Shown piece by piece: positions 12,518 to 25,354 of a stretch of DNA of 64,000 nucleotides (positions are counted from its first letter, which is position 1; the number at the start of each line of letters is the position of its first letter). The translations under genes and the position numbers were made by a program. Below the pieces are notes generated by a model. It was not told where the DNA came from and did not search any database. It saw nothing but the letters and a program-made list of their open reading frames with translations. Origin of the DNA: Camelus dromedarius (lineage: Eukaryota); assembly GCF_036321535.1 (NCBI RefSeq), contig NC_087437.1:86552001-86616000 (forward strand). The letters are read 5' to 3'.

Positions 12518-12616
12518 ATTGAAAAATATAATTTCCAAAAACTATGCCTTAGAAAAATAACTGATGGATTAAAGTCTAAAAAATAAATATATTTCAAAGT
12601 GAAAAATTAACAAATA

Positions 12617-14130
12617 GTGACATCAGTGAGGATTGTAGAATAAGAAGCTCTGAAAAGCCTCTTGTCCATTTATGCAATGACAGCACTGGTAAAAATGATC
12701 AAAGTTAACTTTTCAGAATTTTTGAAATTAACCAAAGGCTTCCAACAATCTGAGGACCATTTATTGAAAAAAAAAAAAAAAGGCTAAATTGCAAAAGGAA
12801 CAGTGGGCTTGGTGTTTTGCCTTGCAGTAGTCCCACCTCTCTCTCTCCAGCTCTGCAGTAGAATTGAAAACCAACTGTTTTACTGTTTGTTAGTCATTAT
12901 GAAAACCTACTGTAGCCAAGAACTCATTGAAGGGAGCAGAAGAAATCTGAGGCTCCCCAAAACCTCCATCCCTGGAGAATTGTCATTGTTGGATTTGTCT
13001 GACGATTCCCTGGAAATCCCCACTTGCAGGGCTTGTATTTATTTAACATGATTCATAATGTAATCATTGTGAACATTTTTTCCTTGAGACATTTGTTGAA
13101 AACAATCAGTGGTCATTTTTAAACTCTGAAGCTGCCTGAAGTGGTGATAACAGTTGAGATCAAACAAGAAGCTGACCAAAAAGCTTAAAAGGAAATGTTA
13201 GGTAATGAGATGGACAGACAAGGCTTTGGAAAGCCTTGAAATAATCTTGGGAGTCTAGAAGGCTGCACACATGTGCAAGACTGTGTGTATGTCCAAGAAA
13301 GACCTGAGAAGTCTCTGATCTTTGATGGATCTTGAAGTTCTGTGCAAGCAGAAAGTAAAGACTAAAGCAGAATTTTGACTGCCAGGGAGATCACTGAAGG
13401 TGTACCTCAACACACAAACATAGTCTGTTGGTGAAATGCTTCAAGGCATTTCAGGGCATCTCTGTTTAATCATTAGCTGACCACTAATCAAGCAAAGACT
13501 TCAGTGGCTGCATATGACAAAAAGTACATACTTTACAAAATGAGTTCAAGAAACTCACTAAACAAACAGCAGCAGCAACAACAACAATGAACAACAACTA
13601 CACCAAACTGGGGAGTGGGTGGGATCTGAATTGACATATGACTTAAAGTATCTAGATTTAATTAAAAAAAGATGTAAAGTATCTAGATGTAATAAAAAAA
13701 AAGAATTGTATGAAGCAAGACAGTATGGTCCATGTGTTGGGGGAAAAAGTGGACAGCAGACTAAAAAGGGTTCATGAGGAAGTCCAGACATTGAAATTAC
13801 TAGACAAAGCTATCAACTATTTTTCGTATTTTCAAAGAACTAAAGGGAATCACTTCTAAAGAACTAAAGAAACATATGAGATTGGTGACTCACCAAATAC
13901 AGAATATCAATAAAGAGATAGAACTTACTAAAAACAAAAAGCAAATAAAAATTCTGGAGTTGAAATCTATAATAAATTAGAGGAAATTTTCACTAGAGGG
14001 CTCAACAGCAGATTTGAGCTGGCAGAATAAAGAATCAGCAATCCTCAAGATCAGTGGAAAGTATCTAGTCTAAGGAGCAGAAAGAAAAAAGAATGAAGAA
14101 AAACTGAAGAGAGCCTCAGAGACCTGAGAG
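12617..14130 (+). mobile_element. Old L1 5' region with degenerate ORF1 (L1M-type)
   Basis: aaaatgatcaaagttaactttttcagaatttttgaaattaaccaaaggctt is typical of L1M 5' ends. 13800-14130 has ORF1 coiled-coil remnants (ctcaacagcagatttgagctggcagaataaagaatcagc; agcctcagagacctg). Confidence 0.8.
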
Positions 14131-14385
14131 AGCAGCTTGAGCTGGCTGTGTCCCTCCACCCAAGGTCACTGCTCCTCTCTGGTTGTAGACTTCAGTATGA
14201 ACCCCCTTTTTTAGGCTTGGCAACCACTCCTTGCACTTACTTTTTTGAACGTAGGGGTTGTAGAGTTCTGCAGCTTCTAACCCTGGGCTAATGAAATAAC
14301 CCTTGTGATTATCCTAAATCCAATCCACATCTTTTAAAAATAGTCCATTTGTAAATATTCTCCCTAAAATTGTCTTATTTGAGTA
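14131..14385 (+). mobile_element. ERVL LTR33-like fragment (3' portion)
   Basis: gctggctgtgtccctccacccaaggtcactgctcct, then aaatagtccatttgtaaatattctcc and atttgagt. Confidence 0.55.
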
Positions 14386-14399
14386 ATAATTATACACAT

Positions 14400-14700
14400 T
14401 TATTATACTAGACAGGTGGAGAATGCCTAGTTGTCTGTCACTAGGGTAATAAAAAGTAAAATAATATAATATGTACCATGGAATGCTATTTCACTGCTAG
14501 AAGCAATGAATGAGATATATTTATAGTAACATTCATATACTTTACAACGCATTGCATGAAAAGAAAAGCAAGACATAAAAGAAAACTTTTAGTATCATAA
14601 TTCTGTAGTTTTGTGTACATTTAAATCCCATGGAATTCTTTTATTTTTTCACCATACAGAGATATTCAATGACATGTAGTATAGTGGGTAGTCAATGAAA
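14400..14700 (+). mobile_element. Old L1 3' UTR fragment
   Basis: aatatgtaccatggaatgctatttcactgctagaagcaatgaatgaga resembles L1ME/L1MC 3' UTR. Confidence 0.5.
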
Positions 14701-17294
14701 AAAGAAGGAAATGAGAGTGATATCAGGAATAAAGGGAAGAATAAAATTCTATATGTGAGGGATCTTTCATGGACAAGTAGACTACGTCATCAGCTGAAGA
14801 GTTGAACTCTTGCATAAATGTCCAGAAAAAAAGCAAATACATAAAAATAAAATTAGTAGTCTTGATTAAGTGATTGGCCAAATTTTTTGGTTCTAAAGTT
14901 CTTTTATGCTATAATTATGAATTTAAGATATCTTAAGATGAAACTGGGCAGCCCCATTCAAAAATGACATATTAATGTTTATTTTGCCTATGATGTGACC
15001 ATTCAATACAAAAGTAGAGAATTCAGCCTAATGGAAGTTGCCCTTTTGGCCAGTTAGGAAAGGATGAGAGAGAGAATCATGGGTGGATGGGTAAAGTAGA
15101 ACTTTGGGATGTGGTAATTAGAAGACTTTCAGGGGTAGAATGAGAATATAGACGGAGCCAGGGGTGAGGTGATACTCAAGAATGGGACATCACACGTCTC
15201 TGCTCATTAATTGGTTATACAGTTTTTAGAAAACTACATCGTATTGTTCTTAATGCTGCATGTCAGTGCTTTATTATATTGTCACATGAAATTATCTATA
15301 AATTAAAATTATGATATTAATGATATATACTTTTGACTTTGAATAGTTCAAATCATCAGAAATGATGGAAGCCATTGATCATTGATGGGAAGGTTAAAAA
15401 AAGGTAGATTCAATTGTCTGGTGAAGGAGAGGTCTTTAGGGGGGTGGTCAGGAAAGAGAGATGCCAGGTGTCACTCTATTTAGAAAAAAGGGATGACTGT
15501 TTATTAGTTGATTAACATTTCATGTGCTTGTCAGGAAAACCCAAATAATTTAGATGTGGGAGGATGTGGGCTGTGTAAGATTTATTTGGCTTGATAAATG
15601 TGGGAAGATTTAGCAGGAAGATTCTAAACATAGAGAACAGATACTTTTAAAAGGAAGACTGCTTTGCTTATGACATTAACTAATAAAAGCAGAAATAGTT
15701 TAATACAAGCTGTTTCTTCATTTTGGGATATGAAGATGATTTAACTTTAATTATCACACCACTAACTTTAAAGCGGTTGTGTATTCTTAGTGGACTGGTT
15801 GTGTAGGCATACCCCAAGAAAGTGACAACCCACAAGTAGCATCTGAATGTCTTCCTTATTGAATGTCTTTGGAAGGGGACTCTATGTATATAATTGCTTA
15901 TGGTATGTGATCTGAGATTAAATTAAATAAGCTATGTTTATTCTGTGGAACAAAAAGGGAACAGCTGGATACCTGTGGTGCCAGTCTCTTACCATAGTGA
16001 ATCTCTGCCAGGTTCAGTGTATCTCCTCCCCATTGATGAGATATTTTCAGATGTAGCTGTAATGATTGAATTACAATTTTGGGTAGTCTCATTGTGGAAA
16101 AGGGAATTCTTCATTCACAGAAAAGGTAAAGGGGAAAGAGAAATGTGTCCTCTAATATTAAAACAGTTTAGAGTCCAGTCTTGCCAGATAATTACAAAAC
16201 TGGCAGTCAAAAGCACTGTAAGATTTTCAAGACCTGGAAGTCACAGTCTTTGGTACTACATCTGTTTCACATGCATGTTCCAGCCCCTCCAAATCAAAAC
16301 AGCAAAGGTTTCTGTTGTCCTGTTTCCCAGCCAGTTGTTATTTGTGCTCAACTGTGCAAGAAGCATGCCTCCCAAATGACTTAAGTTTCTGGGTGAAAAC
16401 AGAAAAGCAGGTGGGAGCAATGCTGTGACTCTGTAAGGCTTTCAGAGTATTGAAGCTTCCCCCTCTTATCTCTGAGCAGGGAAGTGCTTTCTGAAGTGAT
16501 GTGAACATTCACCAGATCTTTGTGTTACTTTGAAGTGCCTGCCTTTCCAAACAGTTCTGACTGGTCTTTGGGAGGAAGTGGAATTCTCTAAGCTGGGTGC
16601 CTTATGGAGCACGGGAAGTGGCTGGTGTACAGCTGGTTTTAAGAGAGTAGGAGCTGAAGCCAGAGACAATTCTCTCTCCTTGGAAAGTTTAAATGCTCCA
16701 TAGGCTTGTAATAAAAACAACACAAACTGTTGGCCGATTGACTTCTCTGCTTCTCCAATTATTTAGCTCGTGTGAGAGACAGGAGGGGTATAACTTGCTG
16801 TGTTGTGCACTGCCATCAGGCTTCTTGCACTGGCTGATGCCCTCACTGATCTCTTGAATATTTATTGCCTGTCAACTGGAGGAAGAGGAACATTGACTTA
16901 TCACTGAGCTGTGGATGTTACCAATAAAAAAGCCACAGAAGCTTTTTTTTATAGTGTTCTCTATAAGGATGCAAAATATTTTCTCTGAGTTTTTTTTTTT
17001 CACATTCTCAAGCTTGGGTAATACAAAATACACACACTTTTCATAATCCAACATTTTGTAAATTTTGTTTCCAAATGGTTACAGATGTATTGCAAATAGA
17101 AATTAAGGGTTCAAAATTCTAGCTGTGTGTGAATGGCTGGGGAAGTTCTCTTCTAAAGTGTGGATGGTTACTGTACTATAGAACTCTTTATAATTAGCCC
17201 TTAAAGTTTTAGGAGAGAATTAAGAGAAGCAATTATTTAACTAGAGTAAACAGCTCAGTTGGGTATGATGATTGGAGGACACTTTCATTTATTA

Positions 17295-17872
17295 TTAGCT
17301 ACAGGAATCTCTGTAAACTATAAGTCAGATCATGCCGCTCCTCTGCTTGAAACCCTCCAATAGCTTCCCATATCACTCAATGCCCTTTGTGACCTTCTTC
17401 CTATACCACGCACTGTTCCCCACCCCAACCGCACCTGTCTAACTGCTTGTATTACTCACCACTTTGCTCCCTCCATTCCAGATACTCTGATCTCTTTGTT
17501 GTCCCTCCTGCAGATCAAGCTCACTTTTCCACAAGGCCTTCACACTTGCAGTTTCCTTTGCCTAGAAAACTTTCCTTCTGGAGAAAACTTTATGGTTTGC
17601 TCTCATTTCCCTTAAGTTCTTTCTCACGTATGCCACATTTTCAGTGATATTTCCCTTGCATCCCTCACTCTGAGATTTCTTGTCTTTCCTCTATATAATA
17701 CTTTTCATAAAAGGAATATATATTTTATACATTGTTTATTGTTCATCTTCCCATTAGAATGTAATCTTCATGAAGGAAAGTATTTTAATGTCTTGTGTTC
17801 ATTACTGTCTCTCAGGCAACTAGAACAATGCCCAGAGCAGTCACTCCACAAATATTTGTTCAGAAATAAATA
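17295..17872 (+). mobile_element. L2 3' region
   Basis: aagtcagatcatgccgctcctctgcttgaaaccctccaatagcttcccat, cattagaatgtaatcttcatgaagg and ctagaacaatgcc...aaatatttgtt follow the L2 3' end. Confidence 0.85.
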
Positions 17873-17874
17873 GC

Positions 17875-18090
17875 TGACATTTATTCATGCTTCTGCTACT
17901 CTTTTAACTGCTTTATACATCATTTACTACTCACAGGAATACAATAAAAGCAGTGGTTCTGCTTCCTTTCATTTCACTGAAGGGAAAACTAATGCAGTTT
18001 GAATAACTTCAAGATTATATTACTAGAAAGCAGTCGGGTAGGATTTGAACTCTGATAGTCCTAATCTTATGGATCAGACTCTTAGCACTA
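17875..18090 (-). mobile_element. MIR SINE
   Basis: catttcactgaagggaaaactaatgcag, ggatttgaactc and gactcttagcacta. Confidence 0.65.
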
Positions 18091-20392
18091 TTTCGCTCTG
18101 TTAATCATGGTAGTACTCTACCTCCCTGAAACCTATATTTTATGATTATTTTGGGGGAGGGGCGGAGAGGATTTAAATTTGTTTTTCTAAGGTTATTTTT
18201 TCAAAAGATTTCCATAATCCTGTCTCAAGCAAAATTTATTCTGGATGTGAATATTTGCAAGTGGCATTTACAATTTGATCCAGCAACAGAATACGTAAAT
18301 GTTTCAAAACCCTCGGAAACACTGCAGAATAAAACCAATGAATTTAATGCCCTCACCGAGATAGCAAACAAAAACGTCTGAATCACAACACTATGCATAT
18401 CTCTTCATTTTATTTTTAGACATTAATTATAGAACTTTATAAATTTATTATTTCCTATTAAAAAATAACTTTTAAAGGTTTTTTTCATAAAAATCAGGAT
18501 TATTTATGCCATCCTTTTAGAATGCAAGTAAGAAAATGAAGGCTCACCAACATGACTCCCAAGCCCAGTTAACTTGTTGGCAGTAAAACTCTTGATAATT
18601 ACACATACTGTTTGATAACTGAGGAAGTATCTGTTTTGTCTTATAAACTGAAGTTAGTTTTTTTATATTCATTTATCTTTTAAATAAGAAATGCATAAAC
18701 ATATTTGAATTATATGTTTCAGAGAAAAGAGAAAATATATGTATCTCATTTAAAATATATTTAGCCCTCATTTTAATTATTCTTCCATGGCTTTTATTAA
18801 TTTTTATTTGACTTTACAAAGGTAAATAGAATATTCACTTTTGCATACTGTGCAAAATAAAGTCATAAACATTTTTGATTTTTTTTATAATGGATGTAAA
18901 TTGAGTAAGCTAAATTAGAAAACCTTTTTTTTTCCTGTAGCTTTCAAGAAACATATTATGGGAGCACTGATAAATGCTTTAAGCTTTTATATTCACAATT
19001 AAAATTGCTAGATTGGTTAAACCCCTCTACTCCAGCCCTACCAAATGATATGACATAGAATCATGTACACTTGTCTCCATCATGCTTTGTGTTCTGAGTT
19101 GATTACTTCAGAGGATGCTGGGATGGACACTTTATGAAATGAGAGGATGCTTCCTTATTGTTTTGCCATCTATGACAGCATGGGAATTATTTCAGCCCGC
19201 TCTGTTTGTCTAGTGTGAGCCTAACAGGAGGAGATGGTAGATAGAGGAAACTGGGGAAAGGAAGGGAAGAGTAAGGTGAGGAGGAAAAGAGAAGAAAAGG
19301 TGACTTCCCTTTTTCATCTCCCCAACAGAATTTTCCACTTCAAGAGCTTTCACTTCACATTTTAGGCAGGTGACTTGGGAATGTGCTGGCCCTGGTAGAG
19401 CAGCCACTAGCTAAAGGAAAGCATTTCTGCTCCAGGCACCTAAGGCATATGGGCTCAGGGATAAAATTCTCAAAACAGAATAAATGAGACTCCTCTTATT
19501 ATATGATTACAGGGCACTTTCCTTAGCAAGTTGGGAAGAACTGTCATCTTACTATTGAAAGCAATGCATACTCTTGACATAATTCATTTCATCCGTAACT
19601 TTTGAGCATCTGTCTAATGTGAAACAGCACATTAAGTTCGTTACTTGGCATATGGACAGTAGTAATAGTACTCTTCACTTTCCCCCCTTTCTCTTCTGAA
19701 ATGAGGGAGGGAAAGTACTGAATCACGGCCTTACTACCCTACTTTCACTTCTCAGACACTTGCTCCCCTTCCTTGTCTGCCTCTGCAATTGACCTTGTTT
19801 TAATTTCTCAGCAGATTGTGCTGCTTGTCCTTCAGATAGGCAGCTCCTTGCTGTCTGCTCCCTAATTTGTGATCAGACTTCCTTGTTTCTTTCTCTCTCT
19901 TCCCACATCCCATCTTGACTGAGTTCCTGTCTTATGTAAGCTCCGTGGGTAAGCATTGGTGAGATGTTAATTTGGGAAACATGGCCTGCAATCTGTGGAG
20001 CAACAAGAACAGCTGGTGCTGCTGCTGTTCAGTTTTTCTTGGCAGATGGACATAGAGGGAATTACGAACAGGGAAATTTGCCTCAGCCTTGGCTGCTATT
20101 TCCTACAGAAATATAACATTTGCCAGCTCTCTCTCTCCTATACCACCCCCACCCCCAACCAGGGCTTAATACTTTAATGCATTCTCCTAAATTCATGGTC
20201 CAGGGCTTTCTGTGTAGCTTTTGTTCTAAGCTTCATACTCAGTAGCCCTCTGGCTATGTGGCCACAATGAGATCCACAGATTTGGTTATACTTAGTTTGA
20301 AGTATACATTAAGGAAAGGTTGTTCGATATCCTCAGTAATTTTAGGTCAAGACCTAACTGTTTATTTATTTAGTAAATTAAGCTTCAATGAA

Positions 20393-20758
20393 TGTCTTAG
20401 TCTTCTAGGACTGCTATAAGAAAATAACATACATCAGGTGGCTTAAGCAACTGACATTTGTTTCTTATAGTTTTAGAGGCTGAGAAGTTCAAAATCAAGG
20501 TGTTGGCCTGTTCAGTTCCTGGTGAGGGGCTTCTTTCTGGTTTGCAGATGGCTACCTCCTTGCTTTATTTTCACATGACACAGATAGAGAAAGATCTTGA
20601 TATCTCTTCTTAGAAGGGCACTAATCCCACATAGGGCTCCCCTGTCATGACCTCATCTAAACCTAACCACCTCCCAAAGGCTCCACTTTGTAATATCACA
20701 CTGCTGGTTAGAGCTTTAACTTGTGGACTTGTGGGGACACAAACAATCAGTCTGTATC
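20393..20758 (-). mobile_element. MaLR solo LTR, MLT1A-like
   Basis: tgtcttagtc...ctgctataagaaaataac, ggctgagaagttcaaaatcaaggtg, catgacctcatctaaacctaaccacctcccaaagg and ggggacacaaacaatcagtc. Confidence 0.9.
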
Positions 20759-20760
20759 TG

Positions 20761-21915
20761 TAAGTTATAACTTATGTACCATAAAACATACTGACTTTAA
20801 GTGTACAAAGTAACATGGCTTGAACCAGTAGAGCAATCATGATAATAGAACGTTTTCACCACTCCCAAAATTTCTTGTGCCCCTTTCCAGTTAATCCCTG
20901 TTCCCAGCCAGTCTCTGGCATCCATTTTCTTTCTTTCCCTATAGTTTGCCTTTTTAAGAATGTCATTTAAATAGAATCATATAGTGTGTAGGTCTTTGCT
21001 GTCTTTACTGTCAAGCTGCTTTCTTTTAGCTTGATGATTGAAAATTCATCCATGCTCTTGTGTATATCATTAGTTCTTTCCTTTTTATTTCAGAATTTAT
21101 TCATTCTCTGGTTGATGGACACCTAGATTTTTTCCAATTTTTATCTTTAATAAATAAAGTTCCAATAAACCTTGTGGAACAAGTCTTTTTGGGGACATAG
21201 CTCTCATTTTCTAGAGTAAATGTCTAAGAGTGGAGTTAGTGGGTTGCATGAGTGTAGGTTTAGTTTGATAAGAAAGTGTTACCCTGTTTTTCAGGTTGCA
21301 TACTGTTTTGAATTTCCTCCAGCAATATATGAGTTCCAGTTGTTCTATATTCTCCATGGCACTTGCCAGTTTTTAAAAGTATTTTAACCATTCTGGTGGG
21401 TGTACACTGGTATGATGTTTATTACACATTTTATACGGACTAATGATATTGAAGACTTTTTCATGTGCTTATTTGCTATTTATATAACATATTTGTGAAT
21501 TTTCTATTCAGATATTTTATCCATGGTTTATTGGGTAATTTGTCTTATTCTAAGGATTCTTTGTATTTTCTGCATACCAATACCTTTTTAGGCATATGCT
21601 ATGCAAATATTTTTTTCCCAGTGGGTGGCTTGCCTTTTCATTATCTTAACTGTCTTTGAAAGGGAAAGAAAAACTTTACTTTTAATATTTTATCAATATT
21701 TTATTTTATGGTTAGTGCTTTTTGTGTCCTACATCTTATATGTCTTTGCTAATGCAGGGTCACAGAAATTTTATAGTTCTAGGTCTTCATTTAGGTTTAT
21801 GATCCATTCATATTCAGTTACTATATTGTATGATGTCTGGTAAAGTTTGTGGTTCGTCATTTGCATTTGGATATTCAATCATTCCAGTATCATTTGGTGA
21901 ATCCTTTCTCTGTTA
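20761..21915 (-). mobile_element. Old L1 3' UTR/ORF2 end (L1MB/L1ME-like)
   Basis: aagtgtaca, ttcatccatgctcttgtgtatatcattagttctttcctttttatt, ttgatggacacctag, gactaatgatattgaagactttttcatgtgcttatttgctat and tttaggtttatgatccatt. Confidence 0.9.
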
Positions 21916-23089
21916 TTCTAAGATGCCTAGGAATAGAAATCTCCTAAGAATGGCTTTGATAGAAAAAAGAATAGAAGAAAATGACAATAATAGCAAAAAT
22001 AATTTTTTTAAAACTGCTTTATGGAATGGATTCTAGGTATAGTTTATATGATCTAGTTTTAATTTAATATGATCACATTTCCAAAAAGAAAAGATGAATT
22101 CATACATTTTACTTTCATGACTTCCCATTTAGAATAATCACAGATGAGAAGTAAAAGTCCTTTGTTATTGTAGATCTCTGAATTATTAGTTTGGAAAACA
22201 TAATCAACATATTTATTCATAGGGTTTTTCATATTGATTTCTCTCTACATTTTTAAGATAAGAATATTGTAAATTTAAATGTAGCATCTATATATGATAA
22301 CTGCCTTTTTATTACAGGGTCTCTCCTAATGATCTCCCCCAAGTATTTATCAAAACACAAACTCCTGCTTATTCAAGTAATGATATAATCGTCAGTTCTT
22401 CTGACATAGAAATACTTACAACCTTGTTCAAATAGAACCAATTCTGAGAATTACTTTGGTTGCTCAATTAAGTTGATACAGAAAATAATGATAAGAGTGT
22501 CTGTGTTTTCCATAGCCATGGATTGGATCCATCTGTTTTCACATTTTGCATTTCTAGCTTGTCATTGTGACAAAAGTCTTTTCACTTTGTTTCAATTGTA
22601 GATTATTTATATATTAAATGGCTACATTAAGCCTTCTGCCTTTCTATTGCATGATTTTAACTTGATTTGTCACTATTTTAGAGTGGGTAAGCTCTGTGTA
22701 CACAGAACAATAATTAGATGACCTAGTCTTGAACATTGTAGTATGACCTGACCAGATATCATAGCTGAACACACAAATTTAGTTCTGTTTTTTAAATAAC
22801 CAAAGGGTGTGACAGACCTGCGGAGTTCATTTAGGTCTTTCTTATGTGATAGAGATATAATGCACACTAAATCTATTTTTAATTCTGCCTTATGCAACCT
22901 CACAGCAAGATTTCATACATGCAAATGAGAGTTTGTAAAAAAAAAAAGCCTCATGAAGAAAATCTGTTACATTAATTTAAACAGCATTGCTATGTGAGAG
23001 CCAATTTTTCATTTTAAAGCCAAGTTAACCAAATAATTACTCTAAACTTTTGCTAAGTTCTTCTTTGAATTAGGATATGTGCTCTAAAT

Positions 23090-23165
23090 GGTTAAAACAT
23101 ATACAGTACTTAAAACAGTGCCTGGAATATAGTAAATATTCAAAAAATGTTATCATTGCCATCTT
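23090..23165 (+). mobile_element. MIR 3' end fragment
   Basis: gtacttaaaacagtgcctggaatatagtaaatattcaaaaaatgttatcatt. Confidence 0.65.
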
Positions 23166-24212
23166 CAGTAGGGGGAGGAGGAGACCCACAAATGTGTGTT
23201 TTAGGGTTCCTCAGTAAAGAGACACTATATGGTACCCAGAATAGTTTGGAGAGTATTAACACTAATTATTATGGGAATATTAGTCAGTTACAAGTAGTAA
23301 AATAAAAGTAGTCAAGAATATAAAACCAAAAATATTTAAATGAAGTTACAGAATCTGATCATTGTATAATTTGCACTTAATAAAATGCTTATACCTAATT
23401 CTGTGTATTTAAAAATTAACCATTTAATTACAATAGCAAATTTGTAGAGAATGCAGATCTCTTACCAAATTCTCACTTATATTTCGTTTTATGCTTTTTA
23501 AGAGACTAGTTGGTATACTGTCCAGAACTATTTCTTTTCTTTTTCCTTCTTTTATGGCACAAAAATTCCTCTTTCCTTTGGGGAACCCATTTCCTGTGAA
23601 TTGGATGGACTGCCTTCACTTACCCTCTCCTAATTGGGTATATTAATAAGGAATGGTAAGTGGCCGATTAGGGTATCCTGTTTTCTCTGGCAAGGGTCAA
23701 CATTTGGCATATAAAGTCCACTTCCTCCAACATACATGCAGTTTGAGCTTTTCTCCTACTTCATTAGGTGTGCATTGATCACTTGCTATTTCTTGCAAGG
23801 TCGGACTTGCTAGGGTGTATTTTTTTACAATGATTAGTGAACAGTGTCTTAAATAGTAGGAAGAGAAGTTATTCTACTCATAAAAGTGAGAATGATTGAT
23901 GACTGTGCTTTTCAAGCACAGGTAGGGTGAGGATTTTAGATACATTGGAACATTCTTCCTTAAAATGTTGACTGTAAGCTGTAGTGCTAGGTTTAATCCT
24001 CTATGCTAGCCACTGCTTTCAGGAATTTAAACAATGCCCTTCACAATATCCTTTTCCTGAACCAAGTTCTTCCCAAATTAGAGTCCTAGTATTAATCTAA
24101 GTATCTTTTATTTTTCCTCTTTAAGTCTCCATTCCATCTCTGATGAAGCAAAGAAATTGATTCCAGGTTTTATCCCATGGAAATTCTTATATGCCGTGTT
24201 ATGGTATTTTAG

Positions 24213-24258
24213 GGTGTGTGTATGTGCATGCATGAGCGTGTGTGTCCATGTGTGTGTA
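24213..24258. repeat. Imperfect (GT/AT)n microsatellite
   Basis: gtgtgtgtatgtgcatgcatgagcgtgtgtgtccatgtgtgtgt. Confidence 0.8.
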
Positions 24259-25008
24259 TCTAGAAGGTGATGAATACCTTTGAAGAATGAAATAGCAAAA
24301 TCTAATATATGTCTTAGGGCAATAAGACTGCAAGTAGATAAAAATGAAATATAAAGGGTAAACATTGGGTACTAGTGACAAGAGGACTGTTTAAGAATGG
24401 ACAGAAGTAACAGATATTTTGAAGCATGGAAGTTAAATGTCTAAAATGCTTAATGGGAATGTACCCAGATTTATTGGATGTTGTAATAGAGGGTTTTATT
24501 TTCTATAGTGGTTAATATGATTTTATGGCAAGAAAAAAATGAGTGGGGCCTTTGGTTTCACAATTCACATGGTTGGTTTCTGTACTTTCGATAGCTCTAC
24601 TTATACTTTTGACAATTAAAAAATATAAATATGCGTTGAAGTTGAAAAAACTTGAATTTTGAGATGAAGAACTAATAAAATTTGGTTGCTGACTGGAAGT
24701 AGGTCAAAACTGAGGGAGAGAGCAGTGTTAAAGCTCTCCTTGAAATTTCTAGTAGGAATTGTCTGCAAGTCAGTGAAATGGTGCAGAGAGGAACAGTCTA
24801 AAAGAATAGATTTATATACCTCTTTGTTTTAATAACTTCTAGTGTATATTAGCTTTCTGGATCTTAGTTTCTCATTTAGAAGAATGTGATGAGCCAGAAC
24901 TCTCTAAGACCTTTTAAGTCCTACTATTCTGTTCTTCTGTGTGATTGCTAAATATCACAGCTCTGTCCACTATTTTTCTGGACCCTGTGTCTGCTATATT
25001 GCTTAAAG

Positions 25009-25257
25009 NNNNNNNNNNNNNNNNNNNNNNNNNNNNNNNNNNNNNNNNNNNNNNNNNNNNNNNNNNNNNNNNNNNNNNNNNNNNNNNNNNNNNNNNNNNN
25101 NNNNNNNNNNNNNNNNNNNNNNNNNNNNNNNNNNNNNNNNNNNNNNNNNNNNNNNNNNNNNNNNNNNNNNNNNNNNNNNNNNNNNNNNNNNNNNNNNNNN
25201 NNNNNNNNNNNNNNNNNNNNNNNNNNNNNNNNNNNNNNNNNNNNNNNNNNNNNNNNN
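25009..25257. other. Assembly gap (249 N)
   Basis: N run next to L1. Confidence 0.99.
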
Positions 25258-25352
25258 GACTTGTTCATCTTATAACTGAGGGCTTATATACCCTTTGACC
25301 AGCATCTCTCTACTTCCCTCACCCTTCAGGTTCTGGTGATCACATTCTACTG
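25258..25352 (-). mobile_element. L1MA-type 3' UTR segment (distal part of a 5'-inverted L1)
   Basis: The reverse complement agtagaatgtgatcaccagaacc...gagatgctggtcaaagggtatataagccctcagttataagatgaacaagtc matches L1MA 3' UTR. Confidence 0.8.
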
Positions 25353-25354
25353 TG

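Larger units (their letters stand above)
11888..12615 (+). mobile_element. Old L1 ORF2 remnant interrupted by MER20 and an LTR33-like element
   Basis: cattgtaaaaatgttttattcttcc, aatcccaaataaaactccagcaggttatttt and aaagtttatatgg match the IVKMSILPK...IPIKIP...ILKFIW region of ORF2. The element resumes at about 12520 (gatggattaaagtctaaa). Confidence 0.75.

Noticed and set aside
12236-14385. Genomic inversion splitting a single LTR33
   Set aside because: The two oppositely oriented pieces seem to overlap in consensus position, so two independent copies is the simpler explanation.
16120-16145. 5-nt microexon-like AG|AAAAG|gt (also AG|AGTGG|gtaagc near 22682-22686)
   Set aside because: Not frame-preserving. 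Such short matches are expected by chance.
15945-16379. 144-aa ORF, the longest gap-free ORF in the track
   Set aside because: It starts at a GTG, has no recognisable domain and has no convincing splice context. It is within chance expectation for six frames over 64 kb.
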